Shown here: piece by piece, positions 47,505 through 57,060 of the stretch
Numbering within the stretch: position 1 is the first letter of the stretch
Layout: each line of letters starts with the position of its first letter
Virus record (IMG/VR): IMGVR_UViG_3300025012_000049
Location: 1-64,000 of that record
Direction: 5' to 3' (one strand)
Length of the DNA: 64,000 bases
Source: a virus
The notes under the pieces: generated by a model
The model's input: the letters and a program-made list of their open reading frames with translations, nothing else
Databases searched by the model: none
Told to the model about the DNA's origin: nothing
Position numbers and translations under genes: made by a program

Positions 47505-48398
47505 TCAGGAAATGCTGAAGTATTTTTCAAATTCCCAAAGATTATCAAGAAATTGTCTGAATCCATTTTTCTGACAGAATTTAATAAAACCATCTGGTTC
47601 CATATCACTTTGCTTAAATTTAAACTTATAATTTTTTAAAGAGGGATGGGGTAAAGAAACTGCTGTTAAATATCTTTCTATTATTTTCCAATTTTCTTCA
47701 ATTTTCTCCTTTTGCTTTTGTGAAATTGAATCATTTAAATATTTAATTGCCGTCTTTTCACCAATGCCTTCTATTGGTTTCAAATTGTCAGAGGTGCAGC
47801 CTCCAATTGCTTTCACCATATTCCAATCAGTAGGTTCCAACTGATGTTCTTTTCTAAACCATTTGTCAGTTCTTTTTTGTTTTTTATCAACATCATAAAG
47901 TGACACATTTTCTTTTAGGCACTGAAACAGGTCTTCATCCTTTGACACAATATAAATTTCTTCATCGTTTTCAAAATAACAATATAGAGCAATCAAATCA
48001 TCAGCTTCATACCCCTCTAAAAAGTTACCATAAAATCCCACTTCATTGCAGTAATTAACTAGATTATGGTATTCCTCCTTGAACTGTTTATTTAGTTCAA
48101 TTTCATAATCTGTGAGTTTTTTATTTTGTTTTTTACTTTTATATTCTGGAAATTGTTCTCTTCTTACTGACTTTTCACCAATGTCCCAAGTAATAACACA
48201 CTTATTTGTTTCTAGTTTTTTAGCACATGAAAGTAATGTGTTAAAAAATGTATAATACATTGTTGTGTTTACTGAATTATATGATAAATCAATGTTACTG
48301 GTGTATTTTGACCTGTATGCCAAGAATTTTCCGTCTACTAAAAGAGTTTTTGTTTTTTCTTTTCTTTTGGGTATTTTTTTAAGATTTAGTTTTTTCAT
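47505..48398 (-). CDS. 5'-3' exonuclease / T4 RNase H-like flap endonuclease
   Basis: LLVDG, YEADD, SKDEDL, SDNLKPIEGIGEKTA. Confidence 0.9.
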   Translation of the reverse strand: MKKLNLKKIPKRKEKTKTLLVDGKFLAYRSKYTSNIDLSYNSVNTTMYYTFFNTLLSCAKKLETNKCVITWDIGEKSVRREQFPEYKSKKQNKKLTDYEIELNKQFKEEYHNLVNYCNEVGFYGNFLEGYEADDLIALYCYFENDEEIYIVSKDEDLFQCLKENVSLYDVDKKQKRTDKWFRKEHQLEPTDWNMVKAIGGCTSDNLKPIEGIGEKTAIKYLNDSISQKQKEKIEENWKIIERYLTAVSLPHPSLKNYKFKFKQSDMEPDGFIKFCQKNGFRQFLDNLWEFEKYFSIS

Positions 48399-49101
48399 TT
48401 GTCTCCTCTTCAGTCAAAAATCTAAATATCCAGCCTTTATATGTTTTTATTTTTCCAAGGATATAAGCACTTATTAAATTTTGTGATAGACCGTGCTTTT
48501 TAGCAAAATCAGTTTGATTATTGCTTATATATTTTACCCCTTCTGGTGAAGTAGCTTCAAACCATTTATTTTTTCTGGTATTTTTATTTTACTCACTCCG
48601 AGGAATCCAACAACAATTCTCTTTACAGTAGTTGCCGTTTATATCTTTTCTTTCAATAGTTATTGGATTGTTTTTTGATAATACATCTCTATATGTTTGT
48701 TTTATAGCAATTAAATAAGACATATACATATCTTTTTTGAATTCCAAAAAATCTCCCCACCTTGGGTCATAGGTTATACCCCTTCCACCATAGTCATTGA
48801 AAGATTTACAGTTTATATCATTGCATCTTTGTCTTATTCCTTTCCACAAAATATAAAATTTAGATTTTCCTGACCTTTTAGCGAACCCATGTTTTGTGTT
48901 TACTTCTTTTATTCTTTCTATTGTATAACAACCACAACTTTTTGCTTTACCTGTTTTTAGGGTTGCTGCTGTTACCTTTACTTTGTTCCCACAATCACAC
49001 TCACATAACCATACATTTTGTCTATATTTATTTTTACCAATAATCATTTTAGCGGTTAACCTTGTAAATTTTTTATCAGTTAAGTCCAGAGGCATAGCCA
49101 T
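48379..49101 (-). pseudogene. HNH homing endonuclease interrupted by an in-frame TAA at 48589-48591
   Basis: Paralogue of the HNH at 24185. The frame continues past TAA as NKNTRKNKWFEATSPEG...FAKKHGL...YKGWIF, aligning to SKNTRHVIVFEAISPEG...FAKKYGL...HKGWKF; TAA sits at the paralogue's Gln. Confidence 0.8.
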
Positions 49102-49102
49102 T

Positions 49103-49162
49103 TTATGTTTTCCTTTTCAATTGATGCCTTTTTGTTTTCTTTTTTAGCACCATACGTTTCAT
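49103..49162 (-). CDS. 19-aa basic peptide MKRMVLKKKTKRHQLKRKT
   Basis: ATG overlaps the upstream TGA (ATGA); AAGGA RBS; stop 1 nt before the HNH ATG. Confidence 0.4.
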   Translation of the reverse strand: MKRMVLKKKTKRHQLKRKT

Positions 49163-49671
49163 GTTTTCTTCCTTAGTTTTATTCTTTTTACGTTTTTACC
49201 TTTTGATTTTAAAGTTAAACGTTTTGTTGTTTTTACTTCGGTTGTTTTTCTCTTCAATACAGGCTTTCTACTAACTACATGGAAAGAACCAGTACCAGTT
49301 TGCATCAATTGTTTATAGGCTTTGAGAAAATGATTATGTGTTTCTGGATTAAGTTCTAATTCTTTTATAGCTTTTTCTGATGGGTAGAAAAAATCATCTG
49401 TGCAACGTTCTTTGTTTTCAACATCAATGAAATATCTTTTTATTTTCCACTTATCAATACGAATAAAAAACTCTTTGGTTTTTTCTTCTATTTTTAATAA
49501 TGGAAAATGATCTCTTATCCAAGGACCAACAGAACTAAGATTGCTTTTGTTTTTGGCTTGCTGATAACTGCTTCCATGCACCCTTAACAACGCTTCTTGT
49601 TGTTCCAATCTTTCAGGGGTCATCAATTGTTTGCGTAAAATAGAACGTTTAAATTTATTGACCATTTTCAT
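49159..49671 (-). CDS. Hypothetical protein with basic C-terminal tail
   Basis: ORF in operon. Confidence 0.7.
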   Translation of the reverse strand: MKMVNKFKRSILRKQLMTPERLEQQEALLRVHGSSYQQAKNKSNLSSVGPWIRDHFPLLKIEEKTKEFFIRIDKWKIKRYFIDVENKERCTDDFFYPSEKAIKELELNPETHNHFLKAYKQLMQTGTGSFHVVSRKPVLKRKTTEVKTTKRLTLKSKGKNVKRIKLRKKT

Positions 49672-50245
49672 TATCCATTTTCAAAGAAAAAATTTCATGA
49701 CTAATATCTTTGTAATTATCAATAATCAAGGCCCATGCAGCTACAGATACCCAATCATTGTCATTTATAGCACTATCCAACATGGCTAAACATTGGTCTT
49801 TAGACAACATATGATTATCTACATCATTTACATCATGATGTTTAATAAATTTTTTCTGCATATCAAAACAGAATTTTTTAAAGTATTTAAAAATAATTTC
49901 CAAACGACAAGTTTTGATATTTTTGTTGTTTTTATATTGTTTGTCTTCCTCAGTAAAATCCCTAGTCTGAATAATAAAACCTAACTGATCTTCTCTTTCA
50001 AGGTATTTGCTATTAGCAAAATCTCGAAACATGGACATTTTAAATTTGTCCAAAGTACCGAAAACTGTTCCTTCAGGGTCATTATCTTGTTGCATCAACA
50101 GTTCCGTTTTTTCAATATCATCATAATATTTTAGAGTTAATGCCAAACCCAAAGGATGAAAAAAGGTACGGTTAACTTCATGTAAAACTCCATTGGAAAT
50201 TAACAAATCTTTTAACGCTTCATTTTGCAAGTAGTTCATTGTCAC
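49655..50245 (-). CDS. Hypothetical phage protein
   Basis: GVLHEVNRTFFHPLGLAL motif recurrent in phage proteins. Confidence 0.7.
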   Translation of the reverse strand: MTMNYLQNEALKDLLISNGVLHEVNRTFFHPLGLALTLKYYDDIEKTELLMQQDNDPEGTVFGTLDKFKMSMFRDFANSKYLEREDQLGFIIQTRDFTEEDKQYKNNKNIKTCRLEIIFKYFKKFCFDMQKKFIKHHDVNDVDNHMLSKDQCLAMLDSAINDNDWVSVAAWALIIDNYKDISHEIFSLKMDNENGQ

Positions 50246-50519
50246 TGCTCCTTTTGAGTTTTTTGCGTTTGATTTTGAACATGGAATAATCCATACGTCT
50301 ACAGTAATCTTTAACCATTTTACTTTTTAAACTTACTACATCTAAATCTTTTAATTTTTTATTTTTTACATTATGTATATTATTTCCTTGTGGGCAGTTA
50401 AAACAAAATATCAAGGATTCACAATAGGCTATGGTTGTTTCCGATTGGTTTTTAGCTTTTTCCTGTCTGTTTAAACAACATTCGGTGGTAAGTGTTGTTC
50501 TAAACCTTTCGCAGTACAT
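50220..50519 (-). CDS. Cys-rich hypothetical protein
   Basis: C...CC...C...CFNCPQG. Confidence 0.6.
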   Translation of the reverse strand: MYCERFRTTLTTECCLNRQEKAKNQSETTIAYCESLIFCFNCPQGNNIHNVKNKKLKDLDVVSLKSKMVKDYCRRMDYSMFKIKRKKLKRSSDNELLAK

Positions 50520-50543
50520 TACTCTACCCCCTTGGATAGAATT

Positions 50544-51347
50544 CTATTTTTTACTTCTATTATATTTTAATAATTCAGGAAGGAAAACCATATCTTCTTT
50601 GAGGGCATTTCCGGTAGAACAGATAGGACAATTATTGTTTTCTTCAGTTGTGAAGATATTAGAAAAACAAGCAATACAACGTTTGTATTTATTGATGGGC
50701 ATTTTTCCTTTAAAGACAATCCCGTATTGCGGGCCTGTTCGATTAATATTAAGACTATGTGTGATTTCATCGGCTAAGTGATCCGGAGTCACACCAAAAT
50801 ATTTGTAATCACGCAAACCAGCACCAAATAGAAACTTTGAAACCAATTCACTACATACCAATCTATTCCAATGAATGATATGGGATAGATTAAATAAATG
50901 AAGAGCTAAACGATGAAAAGGATACCATTGACCTATATGTTCTTTGATTTTTTCCATACCTAAATCAAAGGATTTGTTAGTCATACCAACAAGACGACCA
51001 ATTAAAACATTATCTCCCTCATATTTAGTAATAAAATTATCTTTTGATACTGTATAAGAGGCTTCAAGTATTTCAATGTCATTAATAAAAAAACCAGAAT
51101 GAGAAAACTCAGATTTACGGTCAACGCTATACATGGTTGATACAGCATTAATCATTTTGCCTAGCATCATTGGGTTAGTGGATAGAAAAATATCACCGCG
51201 TTTAAACTTATTAAATAGAGGATGATGTTCAATTCCAAAAACTACTTCAGGTCTGTCCAAAATGATGTTACTGGCTTTTTCGTATTTTCCGGGCTTTACT
51301 AAGGGAAGGTTTTTCATTGACACACTCCTTGGAAATTTCAATGACAT
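50544..51347 (-). CDS. Permuted papain-like (YiiX/YebB, NlpC/P60-related) enzyme with C-terminal Zn ribbon
   Basis: RGDIFL, SHSG, IGQWY, LVCSELV, VTPDHL; CIAC...CPIC. Confidence 0.8.
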   Translation of the reverse strand: MSLKFPRSVSMKNLPLVKPGKYEKASNIILDRPEVVFGIEHHPLFNKFKRGDIFLSTNPMMLGKMINAVSTMYSVDRKSEFSHSGFFINDIEILEASYTVSKDNFITKYEGDNVLIGRLVGMTNKSFDLGMEKIKEHIGQWYPFHRLALHLFNLSHIIHWNRLVCSELVSKFLFGAGLRDYKYFGVTPDHLADEITHSLNINRTGPQYGIVFKGKMPINKYKRCIACFSNIFTTEENNNCPICSTGNALKEDMVFLPELLKYNRSKK

Positions 51348-51903
51348 TATCAGCTATCTCAATTAGTTCCGGTATATGCGTAACCATAATCAATTGTATA
51401 TTTAATTCTTTTATCAGTTTTTTCAACATATCTGCTACAGCAGGTAAATGTTCTTTACTGACATTTTTCAACATAGGTTCATCAGCAATTAATATAGGTG
51501 GTGACTTTTCTAGTATTAACACTAACACATGCAAAGCTAATGCTGCAACATCAATTATACCCCCACCCATTGTATCGGAACGTGGTTCAAGTAATAATCC
51601 ATTTTTATTAACATAGAAATGACATTCAGGTTGATCCCGTTTCATTTCAAAGACAATTTTGAAACTATATTCTTCTCCAAAGATACTTTGTAAAGCTAAT
51701 GTAATGGTTTCCTCCATATAACCAATGACATTTTGCTGGGATTGTTGTCCAACATCAATAACTAATCTTTGTATTTTTTCTAAATTTGAAATGGTTTCTT
51801 TTACTATTTCAATTTTATCCTTGTTACTTTTATAATTGTTGATTGTTAGATTTAATTCGGTATTTTTGCTTTCTAGTATTTTTATAGCTTTATCTAAATT
51901 CAT
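51268..51903 (-). CDS. SbcC/Rad50-like C-terminal ATPase half
   Basis: Signature-like MGGG, Walker B ILIADEP, H-loop IMVTH. Confidence 0.8.
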   Translation of the reverse strand: MNLDKAIKILESKNTELNLTINNYKSNKDKIEIVKETISNLEKIQRLVIDVGQQSQQNVIGYMEETITLALQSIFGEEYSFKIVFEMKRDQPECHFYVNKNGLLLEPRSDTMGGGIIDVAALALHVLVLILEKSPPILIADEPMLKNVSKEHLPAVADMLKKLIKELNIQLIMVTHIPELIEIADNVIEISKECVNEKPSLSKARKIRKSQ

Positions 51904-52166
51904 TCCATAAGTCCTTCCTTTCTCATATCAGCAAGCATTTTTTCCGTTCTTTTGGTTATATCTTTTTCTAATATTTCTATTTCCTCTTCTAGTTCCTCCA
52001 ATAGTTTTTCAGCATCCTCCAAGGTTTTACATTCATAATCTTCATTTAGTTTTTTCATAAGATGTTTTTTTTCAGCTTCAGACTCCCTTTGTTTTTCTTT
52101 TAATTGTTCTAACTGATCTTTAATACTCTCTAAACGTTTTCGTTCCTTGACTACATTGATAGCCAT
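51900..52166 (-). CDS. Coiled-coil protein (probable part of the split SbcC complex)
   Basis: Heptad-rich; translationally coupled to the SbcC C-half. Confidence 0.6.
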   Translation of the reverse strand: MAINVVKERKRLESIKDQLEQLKEKQRESEAEKKHLMKKLNEDYECKTLEDAEKLLEELEEEIEILEKDITKRTEKMLADMRKEGLME

Positions 52167-52186
52167 AAAATACCTTTCTCCTTATA

Positions 52187-52903
52187 TTAAATAAACAAAT
52201 CGTCAAAGAATACTGGATAACGTAATTTAAATTCTTTAAGTAATGGAAGCATGACCTCCACCATTTGTGGATGGGGTTTACCTGTAGTACCCAATGCCCT
52301 TTGTTGCATTATCAAACGCCACTCCCTAAGATTTGCTGTAATACGAATTTTAGTAGCTAAAGAATTAGGAAGGACAGAACGAGCTTCTTGTGCTGTTGCT
52401 CCCATATTCAGCAACAACATATAGAAGTATTCTGCATAAAGACAAGCAATAAACCATGCGTCAAATTTAGACATTTTCAACATTGTTTCAGATGAAACAA
52501 GTTCCCATTTATTTTTTGAATCATTATAAATAGGAATAGGCAAGTCTACTGCTTTGGTAGGCAGGTCTTCTCTGTTAAAGAAGATGGGGGAAATTACTTT
52601 TATTTCATTGCCAAATTTATCTTTATTGTATGAGCAGAATCTTGTACTTTCATGGGAAAAAGAACAAATTCTATGACGGACTTGCTCATGTGAAATTCCT
52701 CGATCATTAATAAAGTCAACAGAAATAATACAATGTTCAAGTGGTGTGTAGTGACCTAGTTTCATTTTGGTTCTGATAAATTCTTCACTATCTCCTTTCG
52801 GTTCTGAAGCATAACAAATACGATAAGCACTTTCAATAATATGTAGCATCTCCTGATAAGACAAAGCTTGTACAATTTCAAATGAAGGATTTAATACTTG
52901 CAT
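52187..52903 (-). CDS. thyX: Flavin-dependent thymidylate synthase
   Basis: GHYTPLEH, SHEQVRHR..SFSHESTR, EARSVLP, NLREW, HPQM. Confidence 0.93.
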   Translation of the reverse strand: MQVLNPSFEIVQALSYQEMLHIIESAYRICYASEPKGDSEEFIRTKMKLGHYTPLEHCIISVDFINDRGISHEQVRHRICSFSHESTRFCSYNKDKFGNEIKVISPIFFNREDLPTKAVDLPIPIYNDSKNKWELVSSETMLKMSKFDAWFIACLYAEYFYMLLLNMGATAQEARSVLPNSLATKIRITANLREWRLIMQQRALGTTGKPHPQMVEVMLPLLKEFKLRYPVFFDDLFI

Positions 52904-52945
52904 TGTGACTAAATCTCCCTTAATTAAAATAAAGTTTATTGTTTG

Positions 52946-53209
52946 TTACTCAGCTTTTTTTACTTCCTCTAATTTAGTAATAACGTGAATCATTTGCCGT
53001 TCAAAGTTTTTAAAGTTTTTATTAGGTACGCTAAATGGCCCCAATTTAAAAGTAATTAAATCAAGATGTCCCTCAAGAATAGCTTGTTCCTGTTTCTCAT
53101 ATATAATAAGGAAGAAGATATGTCTCTTGTGAACATATGTCACAATATCTTTGTTATTATTACTAGAATGTAAGGTATAATCTTTTTCAATCATCTGTTT
53201 AAATGTCAT
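52946..53209 (-). CDS. Hypothetical protein
   Basis: ORF overlapping the sbcD stop. Confidence 0.55.
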   Translation of the reverse strand: MTFKQMIEKDYTLHSSNNNKDIVTYVHKRHIFFLIIYEKQEQAILEGHLDLITFKLGPFSVPNKNFKNFERQMIHVITKLEEVKKAE

Positions 53210-54126
53210 TTATTTTTCCTTTCTTCAACCTTTGCTAAGATATTTATTAGTAATTCTTTTAATTCATTATCTAAATCATCATCAAGCAACAGCCTGTTTA
53301 ATTCTTCCATAAAGGTTGAACTATATTTTCCACTTTGTTTAGATATAGCTTCGATGAATTTCTTTACATTTTCTGAATTATTCTCCTTATTAGCAAGATG
53401 CTTGGAAGATAAAACTTCTGTGAAAGGTTTAGCCGATTTTAAAGGAAATCTTTGAAAAATTCCAGATTTTAAATTTATTAAACAGATGGATGGATTTACT
53501 TTATCTTCAACATTAATACGAGATACTGGACCGGCATTGATAACCCTTGTATCTTTATATTTAAAACTATAAGGAATGTGCCAATGACCACATAAAATTA
53601 TCTCATATTGTTTAGACCAAGAACCAACAACATTAGCAAAAGATATATCATTAGCAATCCAATAATTTGATTGTTCTTGTTCTTTACTAATTACAGCTTT
53701 ATGGGATAAAAGAAGTTTAGATTTGTTATTTGTAATTTCTTGATCCCAATCTTGATAATCCCAAGATATACCATAATCATTTTTAAATTCAGAGATATGT
53801 TTAATGTTGGGGTTATTTTGTAATAACACTCCAAGAGAGGTTTGCTTCCATAGATTTAGCGAATGATAAAGTAAATCATGATTACCAAAAACACAATAAA
53901 GAGGGTTATTTAATTCATTAAGTATTTCTCCAAAACGATTGACAATGGAATTAGCAACAACTGAGACATGAAATAAATCACCACAAGAAATAATAGGGGT
54001 ATTTTTATCATTAGCAAATTTGACTATTTCTTCCCACTTATCCCATTGGGTTTCAGTCAAATCATCTAAACGCGCTATTGGGTTTTTTCCGGTAAGGTGT
54101 GCATCGCCTGCAAAGGTAATTAACAT
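53206..54126 (-). CDS. SbcD/Mre11/gp47-like metallophosphoesterase nuclease
   Basis: GDAH, GDLFH, GNHD, GHWH. Confidence 0.9.
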   Translation of the reverse strand: MLITFAGDAHLTGKNPIARLDDLTETQWDKWEEIVKFANDKNTPIISCGDLFHVSVVANSIVNRFGEILNELNNPLYCVFGNHDLLYHSLNLWKQTSLGVLLQNNPNIKHISEFKNDYGISWDYQDWDQEITNNKSKLLLSHKAVISKEQEQSNYWIANDISFANVVGSWSKQYEIILCGHWHIPYSFKYKDTRVINAGPVSRINVEDKVNPSICLINLKSGIFQRFPLKSAKPFTEVLSSKHLANKENNSENVKKFIEAISKQSGKYSSTFMEELNRLLLDDDLDNELKELLINILAKVEERKNK

Positions 54127-54144
54127 AATTAATCCTGAAACAAA

Positions 54145-55179
54145 TTAAAGTAATGGGCATTCACAACACATACCCATATTTTTTACCACTTCCTTTTTTT
54201 CTTTTTCTTTGTCTACCAAATCACTTTTTGTTTTGTTTAATTCACTGTTTAAATGTTTAAGTGCTACTGAGGTTTGTTGGACTTCATTATAGGCTGTTAC
54301 TTGTTCATTTAAGGCAGGAAGCAATTTTAGAATTTGCTTTGTTTCAGATAGATAAGATTCAAGAATTGTTGCTGGAATGTTCTCAGTGTCTTTCAACTTA
54401 TCCAATATGTCAACAAGATTTTGCTGCTGCTGAATATTTTCTTCAAAAGTCTTTATAAATTGCAGGGTTTCCTTTATATATGACAGGTATTGTTCAATAT
54501 CACATTTGCTTTTTTGTGTGTCCAATTTTTTTACTTTGGAAACTATTTCTTGTATGTCTGATATTTGTTCTTGTAATTCTTCTAATTGATTTTGTTTTCC
54601 TTTAGTATTTCTAGCTTGTAGTAATAAACTAACAACTGGTCTAAGTTCTTTTATTTTCCTTTTGTTATCATAGTTGTTTTCTTGCAAGCGTTTTAATTCA
54701 GATTTACTGTCTGATAATCTGGCTTTTATTTCTTTTATAATCTCTTCCTGTTCTTCCAGACCTGTTGATACTCCCAACTGTTTTGCGGCATTTCCAGAGG
54801 TATTTAAAATCAGAAAATGACCATCTAATTGTTTATGCCAGTTGATGGTTTTTAAAGGAAACAGTTTACGGATAGGTTGAGGAACGTCTTTATTGAAAGC
54901 TTTGAATAATTCTCCATTTAAATAATATTTTTTCTTTTTACGTTTAATAATGTTACCTTGGAAATCTTCAACAATTATTTCCATAGGTTGTTTGGAATTA
55001 TGTTTATGAAATATTTTATCTGCTCCCCTTGGTAAGTTTTCAAGAATTAAATAAAGTGCTCTAACAATAGCTGATTTACCTTGATCGGTTTCACCAATGA
55101 TAGCATTAATACCTTTGGTGAAATTTAATTGTTTTTCTTTGTGTTTCTGAAAGTTTTTAACAATCAGTTTTTTTAACAT
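54145..55179 (-). CDS. SbcC/Rad50/gp46-like N-terminal ATPase half ending at the Zn hook
   Basis: KNFQKH, GETDQGKSA, Q-loop, coiled coil, terminal CCECP. Confidence 0.85.
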   Translation of the reverse strand: MLKKLIVKNFQKHKEKQLNFTKGINAIIGETDQGKSAIVRALYLILENLPRGADKIFHKHNSKQPMEIIVEDFQGNIIKRKKKKYYLNGELFKAFNKDVPQPIRKLFPLKTINWHKQLDGHFLILNTSGNAAKQLGVSTGLEEQEEIIKEIKARLSDSKSELKRLQENNYDNKRKIKELRPVVSLLLQARNTKGKQNQLEELQEQISDIQEIVSKVKKLDTQKSKCDIEQYLSYIKETLQFIKTFEENIQQQQNLVDILDKLKDTENIPATILESYLSETKQILKLLPALNEQVTAYNEVQQTSVALKHLNSELNKTKSDLVDKEKEKKEVVKNMGMCCECPLL

Positions 55180-55190
55180 TTGTATTCTCT

Positions 55191-55427
55191 TTAATTTTTA
55201 AAGTATTTTTGAATAATATCATCAATTATTTCATTAACAATATTTGTTTTATCAATTATGAATTGTTGTTGTGATAAATTATTAGCAAAAAGAAGAAGAA
55301 ATAAAGCTATTGCTGCTTCAATACTTGTTGTATAACCAAACCAAATAAAAGATGGTACACCTACAATTAATGCCACAATATCTCTTGCTTTCATTTTTCC
55401 CTTTCTTTTTCCCAAATAGGCCACCAT
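55191..55427 (-). CDS. Small membrane protein
   Basis: Two hydrophobic segments; real start probably MKARDIV. Confidence 0.5.
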   Translation of the reverse strand: MVAYLGKRKGKMKARDIVALIVGVPSFIWFGYTTSIEAAIALFLLLFANNLSQQQFIIDKTNIVNEIIDDIIQKYFKN

Positions 55428-55591
55428 ACATAATATTTAGTTGCCCAATGTAATCCTTCCATACAACCTTTACAACCACTAGCATTCTGTCTTCTACGCT
55501 CTGCACAACGTTTCAAAGGGAAATTTGGTTTTCCTTTATTTACTTTATAATTTATTTTTTCTATATCTGGACAAACTATTTCATTTTTCAT
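55391..55591 (-). CDS. Cys-containing hypothetical protein
   Basis: CP...C...CKGC. Confidence 0.5.
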   Translation of the reverse strand: MKNEIVCPDIEKINYKVNKGKPNFPLKRCAERRRQNASGCKGCMEGLHWATKYYVWWPIWEKEREK

Positions 55592-55842
55592 TTGTGTAAA
55601 GAAATAACTTTAGAATCAAACTCTTCTTTTTGTTTATTTTCAAAATGTTGTATTGCATCAGCTTCAGGTTTACCACACTCTAAACATACCAAACCAATTA
55701 CTTTAAGAACACCTTCACTACCATCAGGACTTTGTAATTTAGAAACAAACTTCAATCTGGTAATTTGTGAAAATAAAATAGAACCACACGGGCAAGAAAT
55801 ATCTTTCAAATTATTTACATCGAATTGCATTTTTTGATTCAT
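55588..55842 (-). CDS. Zn-ribbon hypothetical protein
   Basis: CPCG...CLECG; AAGGAG RBS. Confidence 0.65.
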   Translation of the reverse strand: MNQKMQFDVNNLKDISCPCGSILFSQITRLKFVSKLQSPDGSEGVLKVIGLVCLECGKPEADAIQHFENKQKEEFDSKVISLHK

Positions 55843-55843
55843 G

Positions 55844-56200
55844 TTACTTTCTCCTTAGTTTAATTTTATTATTTTTCTTTATCATCCAATATGGGTATAA
55901 CACTTTAAATTTAAACCATTCTCCAACTGTAATAAGATGTTGTAAATAAACTGCTGAAGGAAGTTGAGTCTCTCCAAATTCTGAAAATATAGTTATTTTA
56001 AGTTTAAAATCATTAGGTGGCATCCTTTCTTTATAATGATATTTTTTATTGTTTTCTAGTGGTGGTAATTTTTTGAACTGTTCATCATAAAACAATAATC
56101 GTTTATCGAGAAAATTATGAAAAGCATCTGCACCTTTATATTTTTCTTTTTTAAATAATTTAATCCTTTTTGGTTTTTTCTTCAGTATCAATTTTTTCAT
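55844..56200 (-). CDS. Hypothetical protein with basic N- and C-termini
   Basis: MKKLILKKKPKRIKLFKK...KIKLRRK. Confidence 0.65.
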   Translation of the reverse strand: MKKLILKKKPKRIKLFKKEKYKGADAFHNFLDKRLLFYDEQFKKLPPLENNKKYHYKERMPPNDFKLKITIFSEFGETQLPSAVYLQHLITVGEWFKFKVLYPYWMIKKNNKIKLRRK

Positions 56201-56654
56201 ATTCTTCTTCTTTTTTATATTTTAGCCATGCTTTATAGAAAATTGTTTCAAATAACAAACTACTGAAAGGAATATAATTCTCATTGAAACCATCAGTAAT
56301 TTGTTTAATTTTAGTAAAGGTGGAAATACTACCTGTTTCTAAATAACAATCTGGATAAAGCTCCACATGAAAATAACCTAGTTTTTCCGAAAACACTTCT
56401 ATATCAGTTTTATATATGTCTTGCCAAGGAAGAACTGTTACCAATTCTTTTTTTCTTTTATTAATAATTACTTTAACAATTTGGGTATCAGACAAATGAA
56501 CATAAGCCATTGTTCTTGTTTCAGTTAATTTTTTGAAATATTGAATTTTCTTAGTATCCTGAATAGCTTTTATAATTTCTTTTTTAGAAGCAATATCAGG
56601 ATGGATTCTTTCCAGATAACGTTGATTAGCATGATTGTTTTTAAATATATTCAT
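56160..56654 (-). CDS. Hypothetical protein, possibly RelE/DUF4258-like fold
   Basis: HANQRYLERI...LVTVL pattern. Confidence 0.5.
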   Translation of the reverse strand: MNIFKNNHANQRYLERIHPDIASKKEIIKAIQDTKKIQYFKKLTETRTMAYVHLSDTQIVKVIINKRKKELVTVLPWQDIYKTDIEVFSEKLGYFHVELYPDCYLETGSISTFTKIKQITDGFNENYIPFSSLLFETIFYKAWLKYKKEEEYEKIDTEEKTKKD

Positions 56655-56656
56655 GA

Positions 56657-56854
56657 TTATTTTTCCAATTCAAAAATGGCTAGACCATCTTCTTCATATC
56701 TAGTACGATAGAAAATTTTAATTTTATTATCTAAACAAAATAATCTGATTGCATCAATACCTTTTTGCACAGGTAGAATTGTATCTGCAAAGCCTTCTTC
56801 CCGCACAATTATTCTTTCTCGATTTATCTTTTTTTCTTCTGAGAATATAGACAT
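56657..56854 (-). CDS. Hypothetical protein
   Basis: ORF in operon. Confidence 0.55.
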   Translation of the reverse strand: MSIFSEEKKINRERIIVREEGFADTILPVQKGIDAIRLFCLDNKIKIFYRTRYEEDGLAIFELEK

Positions 56855-56859
56855 TTTAT

Positions 56860-57057
56860 TTAGTCCTTTTGAATTATTTCCACGATCATCTTATATTTAT
56901 TAGTGTCACCCAAAATATTTGGCTCTATTGTTCTGATTGACCAATTAGTTTTACCATATTTTACATCCAGATAATTTTCAACATTACGTCTATTTAAAAT
57001 AGTTGGTTCATACTCAATATCTAATATTTTTACATTTTTTTCAGAAAGTATTTTCAT
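56860..57057 (-). CDS. Hypothetical protein
   Basis: ORF in operon. Confidence 0.55.
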   Translation of the reverse strand: MKILSEKNVKILDIEYEPTILNRRNVENYLDVKYGKTNWSIRTIEPNILGDTNKYKMIVEIIQKD

Positions 57058-57060
57058 AGG

